From an uncultured OM182 clade bacterium (lineage in GTDB: Bacteria; Pseudomonadota; Gammaproteobacteria; Pseudomonadales; Azotimanducaceae): a stretch of DNA of 64,000 nt. Made by a program: the position numbers and the translations under genes. Numbering within the stretch: the stretch's first letter is position 1; each line of letters opens with the position of its first letter. The notes beneath the pieces are model-generated. The model was not told where the DNA came from. It worked only from the letters and a program-made list of their open reading frames with translations, and made no database searches. The stretch spans positions 6,672 through 70,671 of the forward strand of contig CAJJAA010000017.1 of NCBI GenBank assembly GCA_905182025.1, written 5' to 3'. Positions 45,885 through 56,651 of the stretch are shown piece by piece.

Positions 45885-45921
45885 ACGTTCTTGTTTGATC
45901 GCCGGTTTTGTCGATTTGTGG

Positions 45922-48651
45922 TCAGGCAACAACTGATTTCGATAGTTCAACATGCCCGTCGAGTTCCTGCCGGAGTCTTTGTGCCAGAGACTCCGTATCA
46001 ACCTTGTTACCCGGCAGATAAAAGAGGTCTTCGACTTTTTCGCCGAGTGTCGTGATCTTTGCGCCCTGTAAGGAGATGTCAAACTCAGCCAGCACTTCCG
46101 CGATGATCGTTAAAAGTCCCGGTCGGTCTGGGCAAATAATTTCCAGTACCGTGAGATCCTTGTCCCTGTCATAACTTAGCGTGACTTCGGTTTTGAAATC
46201 GAAATTCTTTAGCTGTCTTGGTGTGCGCCGAATTTTAGGAGCCTGTTCGTCTTCTTCTTTTAGTAATTCTTCGGTTAGCAGCGACTTGATGCGATTTTGA
46301 CGATGAGTAAGAGGACCGACAGCTTTGCCATTTTCTTCTAAGACAATGAATGTATCGAAAATTAGATCGCTGCTGCCACTGGCAATTCGCGCGTCGACAA
46401 TGTCCAAGCCAAGTTTATCAATACAGCTGACCGCGTTTGCAAAAACCCGCTGGGTGCCTTGAGTGTAAAGAAATATCTCAGTTGCCCCTTCGCCCTCGCG
46501 GCGCGGTTCGGTGTCCCTGAGTATCACTAAAGGGCCGTCATCGAGGTTATGGTGTTTGATAGCCTGTGTATGCCAAACAATATCTGCAACGGACTCCCGC
46601 ACGAAATATTCATCGTCTACAGTGCCCCAGATTTCTAGGGTTTCTTCTTTCGTTACATCATGCTCTGACAAACGTTCGATGGCGTGGTTTTGTGTCTCTG
46701 AAATATACTCAGCTCGGTCAACATAGTTTTCGAGACCGTGTCGCAGAGCGCGTTTGGTTTCCAGATACAGTTGTCGCATCAACGACGCACGCCAGCTTGT
46801 CCACAGTGTGGGGTTTGTTGCATTAATGTCGGCAACAGTGAGTGCGTAAATATAGTCGAGTCTCACCTGATCCTGAACCAGCATTGCGAATTCTCGGATG
46901 ACATCCGGATCTGAGATATCTTTCTTTTGCGAGGTTGATGACATCACAAGATGGTTTTCAACGAGCCAGCAAACAAGATTGGTATCCCAGGTTCCCAGTT
47001 TATGCCTTTGACAAAAATCTCTGGCGATATCTATACCTAATTGAGAATGGTCGCCACCTAACCCTTTCGCTATGTCGTGATACAGGCCGCTGATAAACAA
47101 TAATTCCAACTTAGGCAAGCGAGGGTAGATGTGTGCGGCAATCGGAAAACGTTGCTCTTGATTTTTATATCGAAAGCGCCGCATATTTCGAACGACCTGT
47201 AAGGTATGCGCATCGACGGTATAAATATGGAATAGGTCGAATTGCATTTGGCCAATAATACGACCGAACTCAGGCAGATAAGCTGCCAAAATGCCATAAC
47301 GTTCCATCAACCGAAGCTGTGAATACAGGTGGTTCGAATGTGCCAAGATAGAGAGAAAGGTTTTTGTTACCTCGTCAGCAGCGCGAAAATTTTCGTCAAT
47401 AAGGTCGAGGCTACTCGTAATCTCGCGAATGGTTTCAACGCGAACGCCTTCGATTTGATTGTTGCCGCCCATGATCTCAAATATTTCCATTAACGCAGGT
47501 GGATGCATTTTAAATACGTCTTGGCGCGTCACCTCGATATAATTATTTCTAATCTGAAAGCGCTCATTGATCGGCGTAATGTTGTCGTGGTTTTTCTTTT
47601 TGATGATTTCTTCGTCGAAGTACTGAAGCAAAATGTCGCAAGTCGCATTAACCGTCATCGCTGTTCGGTAATACGATTGCATGAATTGCTCAACCGCGAG
47701 TTGATCGCCATCGGCATAGCCGAATAATTCTGCCAAAGTTCGCTGGTGTTCAAACAAGAGTCTATTTTCATCGCGCCCAGCAACGAGGTGGAGCGCGTAG
47801 CGGATTCGCCACAACAACCGTTCGCCTGCTCCGAGAACATCTCTCTCTGTCGCAGTTAAAAATTCACGATCGACCAAATCATCAAAACTCTCTACCCTGC
47901 CAAATTGACGCTTTGCGATCCACATCACCGTTTGAATATCGCGTAACCCGCCTGGGGAGCTTTTGACATTGGGTTCTAGGCTGTATTCAGTGTGATTGGA
48001 TTTTCGGTGACGATCTTTCCTCTCTTCAAGCTTTGCGAGAAAGAATTTCTTTTTTGACCACACTTTATTTGGGCTAATGAGCGCATGGACCTTATTGAAA
48101 AGCTCCGGATCGCCAACGATGGTTCTGGCCTCTAATAACGAGGTAATGATAGTGACATCAACCGCTGCTTGGACTTTGCACTCTTTAACAGAACGAACGC
48201 TCTGACCAACTTCAAGCCCGATATCCCATAATAGCGTCAGGAAGCTTTGAATATTTTCTCTATGTTTGTCGTAGGAATTGCGTTCGAGTAAAATTAGAAG
48301 ATCGATATCTGAGTTGGGGTGTAATTCCCCTCGTCCAAAACCGCCAACGGCAACAAGCGAAACACGACTTTTACGCCAGCTAGTGAGATTCTCATCCCAT
48401 TCGAAGCGGTTCCACGCTAGAGACAATATCTGATCGATGAAGGCGGCATGATTAAGCATCAATTCGCTGACATCGGCGCCTTCTCGAAAGCGATTTTCAA
48501 GGTCTTGCTTGCAATCAACAATGGCTTGTTTGAATGCGGGTATGATCTGGCGCGAACCAGTGAGTTCTTTTACAAGTTTGGCTTGAATGACGTTTAAATT
48601 ATCGCTGGTCAAGATTATTGATCCATTAGGTTGAGCGGGCAATGGTGTCAT
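45922..48651 (-). CDS. glnD: bifunctional uridylyltransferase/uridylyl-removing enzyme
   Basis: 909-aa ORF with a nucleotidyltransferase motif (GGFGRGELHPNSDIDL), an HD domain and two C-terminal ACT domains. The annotated start overlaps map by 26 nt. Confidence 0.9.
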   Translation of the reverse strand: MTPLPAQPNGSIILTSDNLNVIQAKLVKELTGSRQIIPAFKQAIVDCKQDLENRFREGADVSELMLNHAAFIDQILSLAWNRFEWDENLTSWRKSRVSLVAVGGFGRGELHPNSDIDLLILLERNSYDKHRENIQSFLTLLWDIGLEVGQSVRSVKECKVQAAVDVTIITSLLEARTIVGDPELFNKVHALISPNKVWSKKKFFLAKLEERKDRHRKSNHTEYSLEPNVKSSPGGLRDIQTVMWIAKRQFGRVESFDDLVDREFLTATERDVLGAGERLLWRIRYALHLVAGRDENRLLFEHQRTLAELFGYADGDQLAVEQFMQSYYRTAMTVNATCDILLQYFDEEIIKKKNHDNITPINERFQIRNNYIEVTRQDVFKMHPPALMEIFEIMGGNNQIEGVRVETIREITSSLDLIDENFRAADEVTKTFLSILAHSNHLYSQLRLMERYGILAAYLPEFGRIIGQMQFDLFHIYTVDAHTLQVVRNMRRFRYKNQEQRFPIAAHIYPRLPKLELLFISGLYHDIAKGLGGDHSQLGIDIARDFCQRHKLGTWDTNLVCWLVENHLVMSSTSQKKDISDPDVIREFAMLVQDQVRLDYIYALTVADINATNPTLWTSWRASLMRQLYLETKRALRHGLENYVDRAEYISETQNHAIERLSEHDVTKEETLEIWGTVDDEYFVRESVADIVWHTQAIKHHNLDDGPLVILRDTEPRREGEGATEIFLYTQGTQRVFANAVSCIDKLGLDIVDARIASGSSDLIFDTFIVLEENGKAVGPLTHRQNRIKSLLTEELLKEEDEQAPKIRRTPRQLKNFDFKTEVTLSYDRDKDLTVLEIICPDRPGLLTIIAEVLAEFDISLQGAKITTLGEKVEDLFYLPGNKVDTESLAQRLRQELDGHVELSKSVVA

Positions 48652-49408
48652 CTTCTCTGAATGTCAGAATCTCGTAACCGGTTTCGGTCACTAATATCGT
48701 GTGCTCCCACTGTGCGGTGAGCTTGTGATCTTTGGTTACAACTGTCCATTCGTCGGGCAGCAGCTTCACGGCCGCTTTACCCGCATTAATCATTGGTTCA
48801 ATCGTGAAAATCATGCCTGGCAGCATCTCCGCGCCAGTGCCTTTTTTACCGTAGTGCAGAATCTGTGGCTCGTCATGGAAAACTTTACCTATGCCATGGC
48901 CGCAGTATTCTTTAACCACTGAGAAGCGGTTCTTTTCGGCATGGACTTGGGTTGCATGTCCAATATCGCCTAAATGGTTGCCAGGTTTCACCTGTGCAAT
49001 ACCCTTGTAGAGCGTTTCCTTGCATGTTGCGGCGAGTCGTTCTGCGAGTACGCCACACTTTCCGACGGTGAATGTTTTGCTTGTATCGCCATGGTAACCA
49101 TCTTTTATAAGGGTGACATCGACATTCACTATGTCACCATTTTTTAGGATTTTGTCATCCGAGGGTATGCCGTGACAGACAACGTGGTTAACCGATGTGC
49201 AGATCGACTTAGGAAAGCCTCGATAGTTTAAGGGGGCTGGAATAGCATTTTGCACATTGACCGTGTAGTCATGGCAAATTCTGTCCAGCTCACCCGTACT
49301 GATCCCGGGCTTTATATGCGCCTCGATCATTTCTAGCTGCTTAGCGGCGAGTGCGCCAACGATGCGCATCTTCTCTATATCTTCGGAATTTTTGATTTCG
49401 ATGGTCAT
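48626..49408 (-). CDS. map: type I methionine aminopeptidase
   Basis: 260-aa ORF with metal-ligand contexts (DIVNVDV, GYHGD, CGHGIG, FTIEP, WEHT). Confidence 0.95.
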   Translation of the reverse strand: MTIEIKNSEDIEKMRIVGALAAKQLEMIEAHIKPGISTGELDRICHDYTVNVQNAIPAPLNYRGFPKSICTSVNHVVCHGIPSDDKILKNGDIVNVDVTLIKDGYHGDTSKTFTVGKCGVLAERLAATCKETLYKGIAQVKPGNHLGDIGHATQVHAEKNRFSVVKEYCGHGIGKVFHDEPQILHYGKKGTGAEMLPGMIFTIEPMINAGKAAVKLLPDEWTVVTKDHKLTAQWEHTILVTETGYEILTFREDDTIARST

Positions 49409-49727
49409 GTATTTGTCTGGGACTTGGCAAAAAAGGGGCGAACTATAGCAGATTGTTCGCCGGGGGTAATATGCTTAAAGATATTGGACTGCAGCGGTGA
49501 TTTTTAGTGCTTTTTGGCGAATATTGAGGAAATCAGGATAAACTCTTTGGAGTGATGGATGTTATATGATATAAAGCGCGCCGGTCTGGGGGAACCAGAT
49601 CGAAACCAAATTCTCACATACACCGACACATCATTCGGGTGCTCTCGATCTTTCTGGGGAACAGAAAGTTAAGGGGTTGGACGATGGGGCGTATGGAGGC
49701 CTAACCCAAATTACATTCGGAGAAAAT

Positions 49728-50606
49728 ATGTCGTCTAGCGTATCTATGCGGGAGCTGCTTGAAGCAGGCGCCCATTTCGGTCACCAAACACGGTACTGGA
49801 ACCCAAAGATGAACAACTACATCTTTGGTGCACGTAATAATATTCACATTATCAACTTAGAGCAGACAGTACCCGCTCTTAATGAGTCACTTACCTACAT
49901 TCGAAACCTAGCGTCTAAGCGGAATAAAATCCTCTTCGTCGGTACGAAACGAAGTGCAAGTAGAGTCGTTCAGGAAGAAGCAGAACGCTGTGGTATGCCT
50001 TATGTTGATAAACGTTGGTTGGGCGGTATGCTCACTAACTATAAAACGATTCGTCAATCGATTCGTCGTCTGAGAGACCTTGAAGAACAGTTCAACGATG
50101 GTACTTTCACTAAGCTAACCAAGAAAGAAGCGCTTTCTCGTCAACGTGACCTCGATAAACTAGAGCGTAGCCTCGGTGGAATCAAGAGCATGGGCGGATT
50201 GCCTGATGCGATCTTCGTTATCGATGTTGACCATGAACGCATTGCGATTACTGAAGCGAACAAGCTTCGTATCCCAGTTGTAGGCATTGTTGATACGAAT
50301 AGTAATCCAGATGGTGTGGATTTTGTGATTCCAGGTAACGACGATGCGATTCGCTCGATTCGACTCTTTGTTCAAGCGATTGCAGATGCAGTGATTGAAG
50401 GTAAAGCTGAGTTCGAAGGACCCGGTGCTGGTGAATTTGTAGAAGTTGCAGAAGCAGCCGTTGCAGAAGAAGCTACGCCAGAGGTTGAGGCGGCAACAGC
50501 TGAAGCGCCAACCGCGGACGCACCAGTAGCTGATGCGCCAGTCGCTGAAGCTGAAGTGCCTGCTGTAGAATCTGCACCTGCAGAAGAAACCAAGCCTGCG
50601 GAATAA
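49728..50606 (+). CDS. rpsB: 30S ribosomal protein S2, with an acidic Ala/Pro/Glu-rich C-terminal extension
   Basis: [25 protein letters not shown] 49728 is preceded by GGAG. The ORF-track start at 49677 is upstream read-through. Confidence 0.95.
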   Translation: MSSSVSMRELLEAGAHFGHQTRYWNPKMNNYIFGARNNIHIINLEQTVPALNESLTYIRNLASKRNKILFVGTKRSASRVVQEEAERCGMPYVDKRWLGGMLTNYKTIRQSIRRLRDLEEQFNDGTFTKLTKKEALSRQRDLDKLERSLGGIKSMGGLPDAIFVIDVDHERIAITEANKLRIPVVGIVDTNSNPDGVDFVIPGNDDAIRSIRLFVQAIADAVIEGKAEFEGPGAGEFVEVAEAAVAEEATPEVEAATAEAPTADAPVADAPVAEAEVPAVESAPAEETKPAE

Positions 50607-50627
50607 ATCCGCTGCACTCGGTAGATT

Positions 50628-50649
50628 AAGCCCACTCGACGCTGGGCTT
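50628..50649 (+). terminator. hairpin between rpsB and tsf (possible attenuator)
   Basis: A 7-bp stem (aagccca / tgggctt) with an 8-nt loop. No T-tract follows, so function is uncertain. Confidence 0.3.
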
Positions 50650-50718
50650 CACATCTAGCTTAAGTTAATAAAATATTTGGGGGCATTCATTGCCCCCTTC
50701 TTGCATGAGGAAATCATC

Positions 50719-51564
50719 ATGGCTATTACAGCAGCAATGGTAAAAGAACTTCGAGAACGTACGGGTCTCGGAATGATGGATTGCAAAAAAGCATTGGTTG
50801 AAGCCGACGGCGATGCGGAACTGGCAATTGAGAATCTAAGAAAATCTAGCGGCATGAAAGCGGCTAAAAAGGCCGGTCGAACAGCAGCTGAAGGTAAACT
50901 CGGTACGAAGGTGTCTGGTGGCGTCGCTGTTATGGTTGAAATCAACTGCGAGACGGACTTCTGCGCTCGGGATGACAATTTCAATGGTTTTGTAGAGATA
51001 GCGACGAATGCAGTATTCGATGCTAAAGAGCCAGATGTAGCGGTGCTGCTTCAGGCAGGACTTGAATCCACGCGTGAAACGCTCGTCCAGAAAATTGGTG
51101 AAAACATATCGGTTCGTCGCGCAGCGGTATATGAAGGTACTGTCGCAAACTATATTCACACCACCGGTAAAATTGGTGTTTTGATAGAGCTTGAAGGCGG
51201 AAACGAAGAGTTGGGTAGAGATATTGCGATGCACATCGCAGCCGTTAACCCACAATTTGTTTCATCAGAAGCTGTTCCAGCTGATGTTATCGCCAAGGAA
51301 AAGGAAATATATGTCGCTCAGGCCGCGGATAGCGGTAAGCCACCAGAGATCATCGAAAAGATGGTTGAGGGCAGAGTGCGTAAATACCTCGCGGAAATTT
51401 GCCTAGTCGATCAGCCTTTTGTAAAGGATGGCGACATAAAAGTCGGCGCTCTTTTAAAGAAAGAAGGCGCGTCAGTGAAGCAATTTGTTCGTTTTGAGGT
51501 CGGTGAAGGCATTGAAGTTGAAGAAGTTGATTTTGCTGCTGAAGTTGCTAGTCAACTAAGATAA
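50719..51564 (+). CDS. tsf: elongation factor Ts
   Basis: [27 protein letters not shown] 50719 is preceded by GAGGA. Confidence 0.95.
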   Translation: MAITAAMVKELRERTGLGMMDCKKALVEADGDAELAIENLRKSSGMKAAKKAGRTAAEGKLGTKVSGGVAVMVEINCETDFCARDDNFNGFVEIATNAVFDAKEPDVAVLLQAGLESTRETLVQKIGENISVRRAAVYEGTVANYIHTTGKIGVLIELEGGNEELGRDIAMHIAAVNPQFVSSEAVPADVIAKEKEIYVAQAADSGKPPEIIEKMVEGRVRKYLAEICLVDQPFVKDGDIKVGALLKKEGASVKQFVRFEVGEGIEVEEVDFAAEVASQLR

Positions 51565-51601
51565 CGTACCGGTAAAGCTATTCACAACCCTGAGAGATTC
51601 T

Positions 51602-52324
51602 ATGCCTAACAAAACGACTCTAAAGCATCGTCGTATACTGCTGAAATTAAGCGGTGAGGCGTTAGGGATCGAAGGTGTTGGTATAGATCCAAAGGTTCTT
51701 GATCAAATGGCGTTGGAAATAGGCCAACTTGTAGGCATTGGCGTGCAAGTCGGTCTCGTTGTCGGTGGTGGTAATATTTTCCGTGGCGCAGAGCTCAACG
51801 CCGCGGGATTGGATCGCGTCACCGGTGACCATATGGGAATGCTGGCAACGGTTATGAATGCGCTGGCTATGCGTGATGCGCTTGAGCGAGCGCGTATTCA
51901 TACCAGTGTTATGTCGGCGATTCCAATGAGTGGTATTGTCGAACATTATGATCGACGTAGAGCAATTCGTCATCTTGAAGACGGTGAAGTCGTTCTATTC
52001 GCTGCTGGAACAGGTAACCCATTCTTTACGACAGATTCAGCCGCATGCCTGCGAGGCATTGAAATCGAGGCTGATATAGTATTAAAGGCAACGAAGGTTG
52101 ATGGCGTATACAGCGCTGACCCTGTAACTAACCCTGAAGCAACGCGCTTCGATGAATTAACTTACGATGAAGTCCTCGATAAACAATTGGGTGTCATGGA
52201 TTTGACGGCTATTTGTCTGGCACGAGATCATGACATGCCGCTTCGAGTATTTGCCATGGGGCAGAATGGTGCGCTTCGTGCAGCTGTCCTAGGCGGCGAT
52301 GAAGGAACATTAATCACTCGTTAG
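51602..52324 (+). CDS. pyrH: UMP kinase
   Basis: [10 protein letters not shown] and [10 protein letters not shown] motifs in a 240-aa protein. Confidence 0.95.
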   Translation: MPNKTTLKHRRILLKLSGEALGIEGVGIDPKVLDQMALEIGQLVGIGVQVGLVVGGGNIFRGAELNAAGLDRVTGDHMGMLATVMNALAMRDALERARIHTSVMSAIPMSGIVEHYDRRRAIRHLEDGEVVLFAAGTGNPFFTTDSAACLRGIEIEADIVLKATKVDGVYSADPVTNPEATRFDELTYDEVLDKQLGVMDLTAICLARDHDMPLRVFAMGQNGALRAAVLGGDEGTLITR

Positions 52325-52373
52325 GTAATCTGAGTAAAATCGATCTCTGACTGAGAATCAAAAGAGGAATCCC

Positions 52374-52931
52374 ATGCTAGAAGAAATAAAACAAGATGCT
52401 CAAGAACGCATGCAGAAGTCGTTAGGAGCCCTCGCTGGAGCATTTGCCAAAATTAGAACGGGTCGAGCACATCCTGGCATTCTCGACGGTTTGACTGTCG
52501 ACTACTATGGAACGACCACGCCGCTTAATCAGGTTGCAAATATTACGGTCGAAGATTCAAGGACACTGGCTATCGTGCCTTGGGAAAAGCCGATGGTTTC
52601 GGTTGTCGAAAAGGCAATCCTAAAGTCGGACCTTGGTTTGAACCCGGCAACATCCGGCGACAAAATACGTTTGCCTATGCCAGCGCTAACCGAAGAAAAT
52701 CGACGAGATCTCACTAAGATTGCTAAATCAGAAGCTGAAAACGCTCGAGTCGCGATTAGAAATATTCGGCGCGATGCGAATGCTGATCTGAAAGATCTTT
52801 TGAAAGAAAAAGAAATCACAGAAGACGAAGAGCGCAAGGGAACTGACGATATTCAGAAGTTGACCGACGCGAAGATTAAAGAGATTGAGGATTCTCTTGT
52901 GACGAAAGAATCGGATCTAATGGAAATATAG
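52374..52931 (+). CDS. frr: ribosome recycling factor
   Basis: 185-aa ORF with the typical Frr sequence ([25 protein letters not shown]). Confidence 0.95.
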   Translation: MLEEIKQDAQERMQKSLGALAGAFAKIRTGRAHPGILDGLTVDYYGTTTPLNQVANITVEDSRTLAIVPWEKPMVSVVEKAILKSDLGLNPATSGDKIRLPMPALTEENRRDLTKIAKSEAENARVAIRNIRRDANADLKDLLKEKEITEDEERKGTDDIQKLTDAKIKEIEDSLVTKESDLMEI

Positions 52932-53039
52932 GAACGTTACGATCAAAGCTTATTTTTACCAGTACGCAATACCTTCTGCTGGCACGAGTCCTGAAAAAAG
53001 CGGCTCTATGATAAGTAGCCCATTGGGTAGACGCTTATC

Positions 53040-53846
53040 ATGCTAAAGCAGCGAGTGATTACCGCTGTTATCCTCGCGCCGATCGCAATCGCGTGCATCT
53101 TCTTTCTCCCTAAAATGGGGTTTATCTATTTTGTTGGTGCGGTTATTACCGTCTCTGCGTGGGAATGGGCGAACCTTGCAGGCTTAACGGGCTGGCAACG
53201 TTACCTTTATGCGGCCTTCGTCGCCCTGTGCCTACTGCCTGCCATTCATATACCTTTGAGCCTGGTCTTGTCGGCTGCTGCACTCTGGTGGCTGGCGGCA
53301 TTGTTCCTTGTTATTCAATACCCAAAACGAACCTCTCTGTGGGGTGGGCAATGGACGCGATGTCTGATTGGCCTATTGAGCTTGATACCTGGGTTCGTCG
53401 CGTTAGTCGAACTTAAATCCTATGCCGACAGCAGTTTTCTCATCTTGATGCTCTTCTTTCTTATCTGGGGTGCCGATATTGGCGCCTACTTCACAGGTAA
53501 AGCCATCGGTAAGCGCAAGTTGGCCCCCGATGTGAGTCCTGGCAAATCAATAGAGGGACTTTGTGGTGGTGTTGTTGTGGCATTGATCATTGCGGTGCTT
53601 ATGTTGCAATGGTTGGGTCGACCTTCGTTAGCCACTGTGGATGGCGCCCTGTTTATGTTGGGCAGTTTGGGCATCATTCTTATCTCTGTGCTTGGGGATC
53701 TTGCGTTAAGTATGTTTAAGCGCTTTCGTGGTGTAAAAGATTCAAGCGGGCTACTTCCCGGTCATGGTGGATTCTTAGATCGAATAGACAGCCTTCTATC
53801 CGCTGCGCCTCTATTTGTGCTGTTCCTCGTTGTTTTTCAGTGGTGA
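53040..53846 (+). CDS. cdsA: phosphatidate cytidylyltransferase
   Basis: A polytopic membrane protein with the C-terminal CdsA signature (SMFKRFRGVKDSSGLLPGHGGFLDRIDS). Confidence 0.9.
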   Translation: MLKQRVITAVILAPIAIACIFFLPKMGFIYFVGAVITVSAWEWANLAGLTGWQRYLYAAFVALCLLPAIHIPLSLVLSAAALWWLAALFLVIQYPKRTSLWGGQWTRCLIGLLSLIPGFVALVELKSYADSSFLILMLFFLIWGADIGAYFTGKAIGKRKLAPDVSPGKSIEGLCGGVVVALIIAVLMLQWLGRPSLATVDGALFMLGSLGIILISVLGDLALSMFKRFRGVKDSSGLLPGHGGFLDRIDSLLSAAPLFVLFLVVFQW

Positions 53847-53861
53847 TGTTGCAGTGAAATT

Positions 53862-55061
53862 ATGAATACCTCTCAATCCTCCGCAAGTCAAAACATTACG
53901 ATTCTAGGTGCCACTGGCAGTATTGGGGTGAGTACGCTGGATGTCGTGCAGCGTCATAGTGATGCGTTCAATGTGTTCGCGTTAACAGCAAACACCAATG
54001 TCGAACTGCTGTTCTCTCAATGTGAACGACATAAACCTCAATTCGCCGTCATGCGTGATGAAGCGCAAGCCGAGCGTTTAATCGGTAAGTTAAAATCTGC
54101 TGGCAGTGCGACAAATGTGTTGTCTGGGTCAGAAGGGCTGGACTGGGTTGCTGGCCACGAAGAGACAGATGTTGTCATGGCGGCGATTGTTGGCGCGGCC
54201 GGTTTGCAGTCGTCTTTACGCGCCGCCGAAACAGGTAAGCGATTACTACTGGCGAACAAAGAGTCGTTGGTCATGTCCGGTGCCTTGTTCATGCGTAAAG
54301 TGCAGGAAAACAATGCCGTATTGTTGCCAATTGATAGCGAGCACAACGCGATTTTTCAAAGTTTGGCGAACGGTGCGCCTGGCTACGCCGGCGGTGTCGC
54401 GAAGATCTATTTGACTGCTTCAGGCGGACCATTACGAGAAACGCCTTTGGCGGATCTACACGGCGTAACTGTAGAGCAAGCTTGTGCCCATCCGAATTGG
54501 GATATGGGAAGGAAAATATCGGTCGACTCTGCGACGATGATGAATAAGGGTTTGGAGCTTATCGAAGCGCATTGGCTTTTCGATGTCCCCGTGCAGCAAA
54601 TTGAGATTGTTATTCACCCACAGCAAATTATTCACTCTATGGTGGCCTATCATGATGGGTCCGTCGTTTCTCAAATGGGTAATCCTGATATGCGGACACC
54701 CATTGCACATGGCCTTGCTTGGCCCTCGAGGATCGACTCAGGGGTCACAGACCTCGATCTTATGACCATGGGGCGACTAGATTTTGAACCTGCTGACCGG
54801 CATCGATTTCCTTGCATCGCGCTGGCAGAGGAAGCAGCCAACGGCGCAGATAGTTTATCTATTGCGCTCAACGCGTCGAATGAAATTGCGGTTGAAGGTT
54901 TTTTAAATGAACTTATTCGATTTACTGATATCCCAATCATAGTTGAAAAAGTTCTAGCGCAAGTCGATGCGCAAGCTGTAGGCGATGTCGATGAAATACT
55001 AGCCGTCGATGATATTGCTAGAATATACGCGCGAGAAATCCTGCGTCAGCGTCAAATATAA
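53862..55061 (+). CDS. dxr: 1-deoxy-D-xylulose 5-phosphate reductoisomerase
   Basis: [17 protein letters not shown] and DSEHNAIFQ motifs. Confidence 0.95.
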   Translation: MNTSQSSASQNITILGATGSIGVSTLDVVQRHSDAFNVFALTANTNVELLFSQCERHKPQFAVMRDEAQAERLIGKLKSAGSATNVLSGSEGLDWVAGHEETDVVMAAIVGAAGLQSSLRAAETGKRLLLANKESLVMSGALFMRKVQENNAVLLPIDSEHNAIFQSLANGAPGYAGGVAKIYLTASGGPLRETPLADLHGVTVEQACAHPNWDMGRKISVDSATMMNKGLELIEAHWLFDVPVQQIEIVIHPQQIIHSMVAYHDGSVVSQMGNPDMRTPIAHGLAWPSRIDSGVTDLDLMTMGRLDFEPADRHRFPCIALAEEAANGADSLSIALNASNEIAVEGFLNELIRFTDIPIIVEKVLAQVDAQAVGDVDEILAVDDIARIYAREILRQRQI

Positions 55062-55212
55062 GGACATAGCGCCTCAAATTATGGGGCCTAAATTTTATTT
55101 TGTAGTTGCCACAAACCCAGTTCATGAGCACGATGACGTCAGAGCTAGCCACTAGGTCTAAGGTCTAAGGTATTGGTCAATTGAACGTTAGTTTCAAGAG
55201 AGAAATAGATTT

Positions 55213-56631
55213 ATGTTGGATGTAATTCAGAGTGTCGTCGCACTCATAGTCACCTTGTCGATCTTGGTGACTATTCACGAGTTTGGTCACTATTGGGTGG
55301 CTAAATTGTGTGGTGTGCATGTTCTTCGGTTTAGTGTTGGTTTTGGTAAGCCTTTTTATATTAAGCATGGTAAGCAACCTGTCGTGCAGCCGCCGGCGCA
55401 TCAAGTCATCGAGACGCGCAGTAATGAAACGCTTGCGCCTACTGAATTCGCCCTTGCGGCGATTCCGCTTGGCGGCTATGTGAAGATGCTGGACGAAAGA
55501 GACGGCTTTGTGGCGGATGATCGGCTGCATTTAGCATTTAACCGTAAGCCTGTACTACAGCGCATCGCGATTACTGCGGCCGGTCCTATCGCCAATTTTC
55601 TGCTCGCGATTGTTGCCTATTGGGTGTTGTTTATCGCCGGTGTTTCCGGTGTTGCACCGATACTTGGTGAGCTTGATAAGCAAAGTGTTTCAGCACAGGC
55701 GGGTTTAAGCCAGGGACAGGAGATCGTTGCCGTCGACGGCGAGCCAACGAACACTTGGTCTGATGTTAATATGCAACTATTTGGTCGCATTGGTGATACC
55801 GGCGATATCGCCATTTCGATTAAGGAATTTGGCAGCAACGATGTTACCCGACAATATCAACTCCCTGTTCAACGCTGGCTATCGGATCAGGAAAACCCTT
55901 ATCCCGCAGCTGCACTTGGATTGGTATTAAACTATCCAGAAATTCCAGCAGTGATTGGCGGCGTCGTTGCTGATAGCGCAGCGAAAAAAGCGGGTCTTCA
56001 GGCGAACGATAAGATTTTACGGTTCAATGGCGAGGCTATTGTTGATTGGCTACAATTCGTAAAGCTCATTCAATCCCACGCTAACCAAACCGTGCAATTG
56101 GATGTTCTTAGGGCAAATACCGAGCTGTCTGTTGCGGTTACGCCGGGCTCAATCGATAGAGAGGGGCAGCAGGTTGGTTTTCTGGGTGCTTCCAGACAGG
56201 CGATCGAGATGCCTGAAGAGATGTTGCGACATGTGTCGTATCCATTTTACTCCGCTTGGATTCCTGCGGTCGATAAAACATGGTCGGTGACGATGTTTAC
56301 GCTCGAGTCCATCTACAAAATGCTCAAGGGTGCAATCTCTCCAAAAAATCTCAGCGGCCCTATTACAATTGCTCAGGTGGCGAGTGATTCAGCCGAATCA
56401 GGATTGGAAAACTTCATTTCTTTTCTCGCTTTGTTAAGTATTAGCCTAGGTGTGATAAATTTGCTGCCTATCCCCATATTAGATGGCGGCCATCTAGTTT
56501 ATTATCTGATTGAATTAGTCACTCGCCGTCCCGTTCCCGAACGGATCCAAATGATGGGCTTGCAAATGGGGATGTTTCTCCTTGTGGGTATTATGATGCT
56601 AGCTTTTTACAATGACTTGATGAGGCTTTAG
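55213..56631 (+). CDS. rseP: sigma-E protease RseP (site-2 zinc metalloprotease)
   Basis: HEFGHY zinc motif in TM1, tandem PDZ domains and the C-terminal NLLPIPILDGGH motif. Confidence 0.9.
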   Translation: MLDVIQSVVALIVTLSILVTIHEFGHYWVAKLCGVHVLRFSVGFGKPFYIKHGKQPVVQPPAHQVIETRSNETLAPTEFALAAIPLGGYVKMLDERDGFVADDRLHLAFNRKPVLQRIAITAAGPIANFLLAIVAYWVLFIAGVSGVAPILGELDKQSVSAQAGLSQGQEIVAVDGEPTNTWSDVNMQLFGRIGDTGDIAISIKEFGSNDVTRQYQLPVQRWLSDQENPYPAAALGLVLNYPEIPAVIGGVVADSAAKKAGLQANDKILRFNGEAIVDWLQFVKLIQSHANQTVQLDVLRANTELSVAVTPGSIDREGQQVGFLGASRQAIEMPEEMLRHVSYPFYSAWIPAVDKTWSVTMFTLESIYKMLKGAISPKNLSGPITIAQVASDSAESGLENFISFLALLSISLGVINLLPIPILDGGHLVYYLIELVTRRPVPERIQMMGLQMGMFLLVGIMMLAFYNDLMRL

Positions 56632-56651
56632 ACCTCGCGGTGCAGTAATTT

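Noticed and set aside
50372-50984. Minus-strand ORFs of 87 and 109 aa (Ala/Ser-rich) overlapping the rpsB 3' end and the tsf 5' end.
   Set aside because: They are antisense shadows of highly expressed, GC-skewed coding sequence and of the low-complexity S2 tail. They have no start context. The same applies to the other short antisense ORFs in the track (for example 15844-16305, 17320-17631 and 17754-18110).
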